A DNA stretch of 64,000 nt from Proteromonas lacertae. Lineage: Eukaryota. This document shows, one piece after another, positions 22,336 through 32,634 of this stretch. Within the stretch, counting starts at the first letter, position 1. Every line of letters begins with the position of its first letter. The stretch is from contig NGBS01000001.1 of NCBI GenBank assembly GCA_002245135.1, forward strand, positions 372,001-436,000, written 5' to 3'. A program made the position numbers and the translations under genes. Below the pieces are notes generated by a model, which worked only from the letters and a program-made list of their open reading frames with translations, was not told where the DNA came from and did not search any database.

Positions 22336-23409
22336 ATGGTATATGAAAACAGTAATTCAGATAATAATATCTCAGTTCCTAAAGAACGAGAACTTCCTCA
22401 GTATGAAATGCAGGAAATGATAGGCAAAGGTGCTTATGGTGAAGTTTATGATGTTAAAGAAACTAAGACACATGTGCATTATGCTTTAAAGAGGTGTATT
22501 AAAATATTTCAAACACATACAGTAGCAATTAACACTTTAACAGAGTTAAGGTTAGGAAGGTTATTGAATCATAGAAACATCAGTAAATTGGAAGAAATAT
22601 TAATCCCTGATCATCCAGATTCATTTGGTGGAGTGTTTTACAGATCAAAGCTAATGAAGACTAATTTATCCAAATTTCTTAATAAAAATAAGTATCTTCC
22701 ATTAAAAGATATAAAATACATATTCTTTCAAATAATAAGTGCCATATATTACATCCATAAAAGAGGTGTAATTCACTGTGATATAAAGCCAGATAATATT
22801 CTAATTGGTTCAAATAATGAAGCAAAACTCTGCGATTTTGGTTTAGCATGTGTAGTCAATCCAACTACAGGACCTTTAGGATATTATACAACTACTCGAT
22901 GGTATAGAGCACCAGAAGTGATATTAGGAATGAGTTTTAAAGAATCAATTGATGTTTGGGCCATGGGATGTGTATTAGGTGAATTATTAATAGGAAAACC
23001 ATTATTTCAAGGTAGTAGTAATCAGAATCAATTAGATCGAATTATTAATACACTAGGATGTCCTAAAGACTTATCATGGATATGTCCAAGTTTAAGAGAG
23101 GTATTTTCAATGTATAAAGATAAAAAGAGTCATTTTGATGAAATATTTAGTGGCTGCGATAAATCTGCTGTTAGTTTATTATCACATATGTTAGTATGGA
23201 ATCCTAAAGAAAGATATACTGCGCAACAAATATTATATGATCCATTTTTCCAAGATTTAGATTCAGAAATAAAACGAGAATATCAAAACATAAATGAAAA
23301 TTCACCTAGTAATCCAATAGTTGCAGAATATGATAGAAAGAATATTACAGTGGATGAAATTCGTAAATTAATAATAAAAGAAATAAACTATTACCATCCA
23401 ATACCTTAA
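22336..23409 (+). CDS. MAPK-family (CMGC) kinase, intronless, atypical activation loop
   Basis: IGKGAYGEV, ALKR, HCDIKPDN, DFGLA, TRWYRAPE, IDVWAMGC. MAPK-like C-terminal helix. Confidence 0.88.
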   Translation: MVYENSNSDNNISVPKERELPQYEMQEMIGKGAYGEVYDVKETKTHVHYALKRCIKIFQTHTVAINTLTELRLGRLLNHRNISKLEEILIPDHPDSFGGVFYRSKLMKTNLSKFLNKNKYLPLKDIKYIFFQIISAIYYIHKRGVIHCDIKPDNILIGSNNEAKLCDFGLACVVNPTTGPLGYYTTTRWYRAPEVILGMSFKESIDVWAMGCVLGELLIGKPLFQGSSNQNQLDRIINTLGCPKDLSWICPSLREVFSMYKDKKSHFDEIFSGCDKSAVSLLSHMLVWNPKERYTAQQILYDPFFQDLDSEIKREYQNINENSPSNPIVAEYDRKNITVDEIRKLIIKEINYYHPIP

Positions 23410-23548
23410 TTTAGAATAAATATAATATTTATGTTTTTCATTTGTATTTAATAACACCTACAAACACACTTTTCTTTAAAAATAACATAATAAGATTATA
23501 TCATTTTGATATATATGTCAATGAAGTAAATTTGTTAAAAAAAATAAA

Positions 23549-24625
23549 TTATCTTCTTTGTGGTGGAGGTGGTGGTGGTTCTACAGTAATAACAGCATAT
23601 TTAGGATAAAGTTTCTGGTAATATTTAACTTTATTCATATCATTCAATAATAATCCCCAACCTTCTAGAATCTTCTTTGCGATATCATTGGTACAATTAG
23701 GTGATCTGAATATAATATCACTTAATAATCCTAGCAAATCTCTATCTTCACACTTTAAAGCTAAATCTAAGGATTTCAATACATACTTATCATCAGGGTA
23801 TAATTTCACTAAATCAAAGTTATTATAATAAAATTCCTTTAGTTCTGATAAGCATGATTCATAATCACCGATTTCCATGAATGCTTTGGCTAATAGAATA
23901 TGAACTTTAACATATTCATGTTTGTGGAAGTATTTTGCTAATATTCTCAACTGTAAGCCATTCTTTTGTTCGGAGAAATAGTTAATAAATATCATTAATT
24001 CATGGGCTTCTAAAAGGATCTTATGATGTAAATATAAATCATAAATTAATTCATAATCTTCATCATTACCTTTACTTTCTACTAAAATTAATATTTCTCT
24101 TGCTGCATGTTCTCTCACTATTTTGTTATTCTCTGAAAAGATTTTTAAAGCTTCTCTTACTACTTCAATTCCTTCTTCACAAGCCATTAACATTGTTTGT
24201 TGTACTGTCTTATCAGAACATATAGTTGGATGATCTAAAGCATTTTGCATTAAAGCAATTTTTCTTTCTTTATCTCCAGCTGAATCAAATATTTTCATTA
24301 ATGAGGTGAAAGAATCAGTTTGTGGCAATGGTATACGTTTCTTTTCTAATAATTTCTTAGATGCTTCGTAAATATTTGTAAATTCTTGTTGAGATGGTGG
24401 TACTTCAGCAAAAGTATTTAAATCAGTTGAGTTAAGGTCTCTTAAATCATATTTTACTCCATTGAGATAAATAATTGGGTTGTAACTTCTAGCAGCTGAT
24501 GCTTCAGTAGCAAACATAGAATAAGAAGGATGAACACTACTAAAACATGGTGCAGCTATTCTTGAGATATTCTTTGCTTGCATGGCCAATTTTGAAGCAA
24601 AACAAAAACGTTGAATACCTTGCAT
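23549..24625 (-). CDS. Hypothetical alpha-helical protein with a mitochondrial-type presequence
   Basis: Intronless ORF. MQGIQRFCFASKLAMQAKNISRIAA is Arg/Ala/Ser-rich and acid-free. Confidence 0.6.
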   Translation of the reverse strand: MQGIQRFCFASKLAMQAKNISRIAAPCFSSVHPSYSMFATEASAARSYNPIIYLNGVKYDLRDLNSTDLNTFAEVPPSQQEFTNIYEASKKLLEKKRIPLPQTDSFTSLMKIFDSAGDKERKIALMQNALDHPTICSDKTVQQTMLMACEEGIEVVREALKIFSENNKIVREHAAREILILVESKGNDEDYELIYDLYLHHKILLEAHELMIFINYFSEQKNGLQLRILAKYFHKHEYVKVHILLAKAFMEIGDYESCLSELKEFYYNNFDLVKLYPDDKYVLKSLDLALKCEDRDLLGLLSDIIFRSPNCTNDIAKKILEGWGLLLNDMNKVKYYQKLYPKYAVITVEPPPPPPQRR

Positions 24626-24785
24626 AGTCAAAAAATTAAAATCAAGAAAATCTACCTTTTTCTGATAACCAATTTTAAAATCTGTTGTTTTCATACACCA
24701 AAATACTAAAGAGTGATTTTCTTCTTATATACAAATGATAAACATATTATAGTTATAAAAATAAAATTAAATGATAACATCTAAA

Positions 24786-25327
24786 TTATATCTCTGACGT
24801 AGGTTCTTCTGGAGTGGTTATTTCTGTACTATTATCAGAAGGTGTTATAGTCGGTGGTTCCGTTGGTTCAGGTGGTATATAACAACATATTTCACAAGGT
24901 CTAACTTCTGTAGTTGTATCATTTAAATAAAATAGACAGTAAGGTCCATACACTTCATCAAAATTGCATTTCTTAGGGTAATCTGAGCATGGAAGACATC
25001 TATCACCATCATCATGCTCAAAATCATCACAGGGAGTACATGGTTCTTCCTATTCATAAATACTTAATTTTATACTAATGTGCAATAATCACCTTTCCCA
25101 TATTTACAATTACGAGTAGATTTTGGTGGTTTACCTCCTTTAGTAGAAGCCATACAACTTTTTCTGATCCACTATTCATTTATATCAAGCAATTAATAAA
25201 ATAATAACTATACCTTCTTTCCAAAGTCAATATCAGGAAGTATTGCCAATATCTCATAAACATAATAATACTCGACTATTATAAGTCCTAAATTTATTAA
25301 AATCAGCCAATAAGGAAAACAATGCAT
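24786..25327 (-). CDS. Small Cys-rich secreted or membrane protein with Pro/Thr/Glu tail (start uncertain)
   Basis: Three spliced exons: hydrophobic N-terminus, WIRKSC...NCKYGKGDYCTL|EEPCTPC...CLPC...C...GPYC...PCEICC, then PEPTEPPT. Absent from the ORF track. Confidence 0.55.
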
Positions 25328-25526
25328 TACAATATGTTTTAATATACCATAATCCACCTTAGGGATTTATATAAGTCTAAAAACTGAAATTAATGAAAAT
25401 ACACCCTAAAATGTATTCTTCAATGTATTTTTGTATAACATGTGTTGTTGATGAATAAACAGAATACGGAAAATAAAATATTAAAAATAAAACTTAAACA
25501 CAAATTACTATTTCTAATTTCATTTT

Positions 25527-26110
25527 TTACTTTCTCCACCCTCCCAATCTCTTTAATGAACCACATCTTTTACACTTATCCATATAACTCATGTTTATTG
25601 CTCCACATCCAATTCTCTGACACATCCAATCACTAGAACTTTGTTTTTCTTTTTCCTACATTATTAACAATAATTTATGTATTTATACTGCTTCTGCTAG
25701 TTCCTTCAATACACTACCATTATGAGTAGTGCCATTCCACCATCCTGACTCTACCTGAGGCACTGCTTGCTGAACAAGCAAGTTAAAAACTTCTTTTGCT
25801 TCTTCTTTCTTCACCTTTTTGTCAATTTTAGTTTTATCATGTCTATTTTATTATATTAATTAAATTAATACTTGTGATGGTGATTTTTATGATGATGTTT
25901 CTATAACATTAATAACAATAGAATAAATACTGACCCTGATCTTGAAGTATGTTCTGATGATTTAGATACTGAGTGATCTCTAGGTGTTATACTTTTCTTA
26001 GATGACTACTTTACTAAGAAAAAAATTAAAAAATATACTCTTGATCTTGACCTTGATCTGGATTTAGACCTGCTGGAGCTAGAACTACTGTGATGATGAT
26101 GTTTTCCCAT
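25527..26110 (-). CDS. RS-rich protein with C-terminal RanBP2-type zinc finger, 5 exons
   Basis: MGKHHHSSSSSSRSKSRSRSRSR... and DWMCQRIGCGAINMSYMDKCKRCGSLK. Four GT-AG introns keep the frame. Confidence 0.75.
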
Positions 26111-26359
26111 TTTTAAAACTAATGGGGAGATGAAAAATAATTTTGGCTCATCTACATCAAAACACCAATTTAATTTGATCGACCAATCAAATACTTCTTA
26201 TTTGCATTAGGTTTTTTTGTCAAATTAAGGTATGTATACGCTATCATTTCTTCTATTTTCTTGTGATTAAATTATCTAATTTATTTAATTACCCATATCC
26301 ACCTATAATGTAGCTTAACGACTTTTTTTTAATTGTTCTTATAATTTTTCAATAGAATA

Positions 26360-26867
26360 ATGAGTGATTCTGAAAGCTATAGTGATGAAAATGATGATGG
26401 TGAAGAACCACAGTTCGATTTTGAAAACGGTGATGCAGGTGCTCAATTAACCTACCCAGTAGCGTGCTGGTAAAATAAAGAAGGGGTCATTCATTGAAAT
26501 TGATGGTCATGCATGCAAAGTCGTTGATGTTGCAACCTCTAAGACTGGAAAGCACGGACATGCTAAAGCTGCTATTACTGCCTTAGATATCTTCACTGAT
26601 AAGAAATACGAAGTTGTCTCACCAACTTCTCACAACGTCATGGTACCAGTCATCAAGAGAGAAGAATTCCAATTAATCGATATTGATGAAGAAGGTTACT
26701 GCAGTTTAATGGATGAAAAGGGTGATTCTAAGGATCATTTAAAACTCCCAGAAGGCGATTTAGGTGACAATATCAAAGCAGCCCAAGAAGCAGGAAAGAC
26801 TGAAGTTTATGTAACAGTATTAGAATCTATGGGAAATGAGATGATTGTTGATTATAAAGAAGTTTAA
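26360..26867 (+). CDS. EIF5A: Translation factor eIF5A with an apparent 1-nt insertion near 26462
   Basis: FENGDAGAQLTYPV in frame 0, then RAGKIKKG...SKTGKHGHAK (hypusine motif) in the +1 frame, continuous with ORF 26640-26867. Confidence 0.92.
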
Positions 26868-26980
26868 AATAAATTTTGAATTCTTGTTTTTAGTTGTTGT
26901 GTTTTTGGTTTTTAGATAAAATGTGAAATTTTAAACCCAAAACAAAACATAATTAAAGACAAGTGGCTTCATACTGTAAT

Positions 26981-27405
26981 TTAATGTTTCTTTTGATCTT
27001 TATCGTGATGTTCTTTATCATGATGATCGTGATGTAACTTCTTTCTGATTTCGGCCATCAATATTTTGATTTCTTCTCTCTTAGCAAGAGCTCTCTTGTG
27101 TGTGCCTAATCTGGCTTTAGCGAATTTATAAACTCTCTTTTCAGCTGTATTACCACCGGCCTAACATATTACACAATAAATTAATACTTTGATGATATCC
27201 ATCATTCTCTTTTCATATGGAGATACACCAGCAATTTCCTTAATTATATTTCTTACATTGAGGATTTTCTTACCTGATTTCTATAGATTATTAAAAAGTC
27301 TTGTTATACATGAGCTGTACTCTTTGATTGTCTTCTTTGAATTTTTTGTGTTGGATAACCTTTGTTTAAACCAACAGCGATTGAAGGATGAGGACCAATT
27401 GCCAT
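26981..27405 (-). CDS. RPL36: 60S ribosomal protein eL36, 3 exons, His-rich tail
   Basis: [47 protein letters not shown]. Confidence 0.93.
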
Positions 27406-27508
27406 TTTAAGTTTTTAATGATAATGCCACTTGAATTAAGCAAACCTTTTTTGAATGACCAAATTCTGTCAAACCATTTTCATTTTTTCTGTTTTTTTGG
27501 ATTAATAA

Positions 27509-29765
27509 ATGGATGTATTGGCTTGGATTTATTATAACTCACCTATGCTTTTAGGTGTCTCTCTAATGTTGTTATTGATTTCGATCATCTCAATGTACAA
27601 GACATTATTTCTACATTCCTCAATAGATATTACCTTAATAAATCTGAATCTTTAAAAGCAGCACTTGAGAATGCTCCTATAGATAAATCAAAGATTATTT
27701 ATCCAACAGATGTTACAATTGTGTATTTCATAATCTAAATTATAAATATAGTTATTCAAAGGAATGTCCGATAATGCAGAAGTTTATTAAGAGAATCGTA
27801 GAAGATTTAAGATCATTAGGTCATTATAATCTGAATTTTAAGACTTTTGTTTCATCCTTTGAGAAATTTGACTTTGTATATTCTCATATTATTGTTATTA
27901 TTAATAGAATCAATTATATGAAAAGAAATTCTTCTTATTTTTAGTTTGTGATAATTCACCCAGTTTGGAACAAATCGAAAAATATGCCAATTACTGGACA
28001 AACCATGAGCTTGATCATATATTATATGCAATAATCCAAGTACAAAATACAAAACAAAAAACAACAGACTCAATGTCAAAGAAATTCTATGATTTATTGA
28101 ATTACGCTGGTTCTCATCCATTTATGAATTATATGGAATGTGATGAAGAAAATTATGAAGATACTTACTCAACATGGTCACCACACTTCTTATTTAGATT
28201 TTCAAAGAAATTTTCAAAATCATTTAATCAGAAATTGCCTAAAGGATTTAGTATTTCAACATTCACCAATGATTATAGTAATGATTCGTGTGTTAATGAA
28301 GATATTGATTCAACCACTGATCTTGAAGATATAATCAATGAAAAAATTATTTCAGGAGTTGAAGATGATTCTAAAACAAGATATTCCAAAGATGTATTTT
28401 AATTATCAATCATTAATATTCATATAATAATAGAGACCAATGATAACTGAACGTCAAAAGAAACATTATAATAAACAAGGATATACTCTTGTTGGAACAC
28501 ACAGTGCTGTAAAAATGTGTCGATGGGCAAAGAATCAATTAAAAGGTGAAGGTGCTTGTTATAAACATACATTCTATGGAATTACCAGTTATAAATGCAT
28601 GGAAAGCTCAGCCAGTTTGGCATGTGCGAATAGATGTATATTCTGCTGGAGACATCACACCAATCCAGTAGGAAGAGAATGGAGATGGAAAATGGACAAT
28701 CCTGATGAGATATCGAATGGTTTAATTGAAGCACAACATGTATAATAATAATAATATGTCATGAATAGAAAATAATCAATGAAGCTCGATTTATAAAAGG
28801 AATTGATATGAATAAATTAGAAGATGCCAAAACTCCAGCTCATTGTGCTTTATCATTAGTAGGTGAATCAATAATGTATCCAGAAATCAATAAATTAATG
28901 CAAAATCTACATGAGTATAATTATCAATATATATATATATATAATCAATAGTAAACGCATTTCAACATTTTTAGTCACAAATGGTCAATTTCCTGATGAA
29001 ATGGAGAGTTTGACTCCAGTTACTCAATTATATGTAAGTATTGATGCATCTAACTCACAATCATTAAAGAATATTGATCAACCATTATTTGAAGATTATT
29101 GGTATAAGTATTTAAAGTGCATTGAATTATTAAAGAACAGAGTATAATATATTCTATTTATTTATTTATTTATTTATTTATTATAGTGTGAAAGAACAGT
29201 ATTTAGAATCACTCTAATAAAAGGAATGAATATGGATGTATAATTATATATAATTAATATTAAATAGAATATTAATGAATATGTAAAACTAGTAAATCAT
29301 GGAGAACCAGATTTTATTGAAATAAAAGGAATGACTTATTTTGGTAGTAATTCAAACAGTAGTGATATAAAAATGGATAATTGTCCTTGGCATGAAGATG
29401 TTAGAGAATTTTCAGAGAGTTTAGTAAAGGAATTACCAGAATATGGTTTAGCCTGTGAACATAAACATTCTTGTTGTATTCTAATAGGAAGAAAAGATCG
29501 ATATTATAAGAATAATAAATGGTATACTTGGATTGATTTTGAAAAGTATATTTATATAATTATGTTTATTATATATAGATTCTTTGAATTGGAGAAGAAT
29601 TATCGAGATAATAATGTGGAATTTAAACCAAATGATTATTGTTTAGAAACACCTGAATGGAGTTATTATAATTCTTCAACTAATGGTTTTGATCCTAATG
29701 AAACTCACGTTTCTTATAGTGGTCGAAGTCGAGATGAAGTAAGAGAAGAGAAATTAAATCTATAA
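27509..29765 (+). CDS. TYW1: tRNA wybutosine-synthesis radical SAM enzyme TYW1, multi-exon
   Basis: GYTLVGTHSAVKMCRW, CYKHTFYGI, CANRCIFCWRH (CxxxCxxC), HCALSLVGE, FLVTNGQFP, VTQLYVSIDA, CEHKHSCC. N-terminal TM helix. Confidence 0.93.
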
Positions 29766-29879
29766 TAATAGTAATTGTTATTTGTTGATTGTATATTTGA
29801 AAATACATAAATAATACGAATAAATACATACAATACAGTGTATTTGTATTTTGACATTGAGAGTGAAAATCAAGATTTT

Positions 29880-32575
29880 ATGAGTATAAAAGGGTATCTG
29901 ACAGTGAAGTATCATATTAATTGGGAAGTATGATTTTTATTTGATATGTTGATAGGAATGTAAAGTGTTGAAAGATAGTGTTCGTGAGTTGAGCTTATTA
30001 AATCAGACTCATTCTAAGATGCTGAAAATATTCGATGTAAACAATTTAGAAGAATTGACAAGATGTATAGAAGAGAAATTCAGTTTTTTGAGTGATGTTT
30101 CTCTTCCATTCTTAATCCCTTCACATATACATATGGATATTTCATCCAGATACATGTTATTCCAACGAGAGTCATATGTGCAAGATTTAGAAAAGACTAT
30201 CCAGAATAAATCCTTTTCCAAAAGTGAGATTACTACTGTGATATGTTCCATGTGTGATATGGTGATGATATTGTCAGAATATGGTTTAATGATGTATAAT
30301 TTGAAGAGTAGTAATGTGATATATGAAGAGAATGGTATTTTAAAGTTATGTGATTTATGTTTGAATGAAATAAGAAAAGAAGAAGAAATGAAAGTGTATG
30401 ATATATGCTTCAAAAGCCCTGAAGAGTTGAGTGGATTAGAATGTAATGAAAGAAGTGTGATTTGGTCGATTGGTTATATATTATATGAAATGATTTGTAA
30501 GAAATTACCATTTAATGAAGATGATAATGTGAATAAAACAAAAGAGAATATTCTGAGATATAAATTCAGTTTAGATGTAGAATGTGATGATTCTATTCAT
30601 AAAGTGATATTTAGATTGTTAAAAGTGAAAAATAAAGATAGATTGAGTTTAAAAGAATTGAGAAAAGAAATGATAAAAGTGAATGAAATATTAAAAGATG
30701 ATGAAAATAACATGATGATATGTGATGAAAGAAAAAAAATATTATTTAACAATGATTATTCAATAAAAATATCTCCATATATTGATATTCAAGCTAAGTA
30801 TTTACTTCAGTATAATAGATGGGAAGGAATAAGAGATAGTTTAATAGAATGTTATAATAATAAACCTAATGAGAGAGTATTAGCTATGCTATTGATGATG
30901 AAATTATACAAAAGAGTATATATTCATAAAGCCATAAATGGTGGTTATCGCATTGACCTAGATAAAACCATAACAGATACACTCAAATTTCAAATTACAC
31001 ACAAATGTGAATATTGTGAATGTTATTTAGATGAAATTTTATTCGATATCAATAGTCATGATGATAATGAAGAAATTATAGCTACATCAGACTGTTTTTG
31101 TTTTTGCGAAGAAGGAATGAGTTATATTTTCTTAATATTGATGTTGATAAATCCAACAAAACTCAAATTTGATTTTATTTTTTCATGTTATAATAGTTTT
31201 TATATTCCAATCCAACATCAACCATTATTTGCATTTTTATTTTCTGTATTAGTAAATCTTCAAGAATTAGATTTATCATTTAATAATATTTCTTCTTATT
31301 TCATTGAAATATTTGTTAAATCAATTCCATCAAAGAAATTGAAATATGTAAATCTTCAAAGTATTTATCACTTCATTTTATTATGAAATAGATAATCCAA
31401 TTGGTGCAAAAGGTTTTAAAATATTACTTCCATATTTATATTTATTAATCAACAAAGAAAATGAATTGAATCTTGAAGGAATGAATTTAGATGATGAATC
31501 AATAGTATTAATGTCAGAAGAGTTATATAAATATCCAAATCTTCAAAGAATAATTATTTATGGAAATGACAATATTCATTCAAGAGGGTTAAAAACCTTA
31601 TTTCCCAAAATTTCAACTTCAAATATACAATTTGATTATAAAAATACTAAAGAATTACTTGTTGACAAAGAAATACCACAGTTTATAAAATATATTTTAA
31701 ATAATAATAATGAATTACATCTATATGATTTAGAAATGGATGATGATTATTTCAAATTGTTCATTTCTTTAAGATCAAATGAATTAAGAGAGATAAAGAA
31801 GTTAGATTTGAGTAGTATGATTTTAATTTTTTTCTATTGTTTAGGAAATAAACTAACCTATAAAAGTATAGAATTACTGATAGACAATATTTCTTCATTT
31901 TCGAGTTTAGAGAATATTAAATTAAATGAAAATGAGATAGGAGATGAAGGAATGAAAGTATTATGTCCACATTTGCGGTTGTTGTATAAAAAATATAATA
32001 TGTGTATTGATTTTGATATTACAAGTATTATATCTCTAATTTAATATATAATAGAAATGGGTTTATCTTCAGTTGGATTTAAATATTTGTTAGATGGTTT
32101 AAAGAATATTAATGAAAAAATAAAAATCAATATAAGTAATAATAATATAGGTTCAGAAGGTATAGAGTATTTGATGAATTATAAGAAAGAAAATGATAAT
32201 ATTATAGAATTGGAAATTCATAGTATATTAGATAATAGTTATATCTTGTTAATAGATAATCCGATAGGCAATGATGGGTTTAAATTATTACTTAATAATT
32301 TAGATATAGTAAAAAGTTCATGTTATACCATACAATTAAATAATACAGCAATTGATGATGAAAGTGTTGTGTTATTAGCAAATAAAATAGATTCTATTGT
32401 AGATTGCCTGAGTATAAATCTAAATGATAATGATATTAGAATGAATGGATTAAAAGCTATATGTCCAAAAATATTAGATAGAGAATATCCATTTGTAGAA
32501 ATGGATTGTTCTTCATGGACAAAAGAAGAACTAGATTATTATATAGATTATAGAGATAAAATGAACGGTTTATAA
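29880..32575 (+). CDS. Pseudokinase plus leucine-rich-repeat (RNI-like) protein
   Basis: Kinase fold with YNLKSSN, LCDLC, SPE, WSIGYILYE. C-terminal LRRs (LQELDLSFNNI, IKLNENEIGDEG). Confidence 0.75.
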
Positions 32576-32634
32576 TTATATTTTCATTTATGTTTTTTTC
32601 TTTAATCAAAACTACAATAACATAAAAAAAGAAT

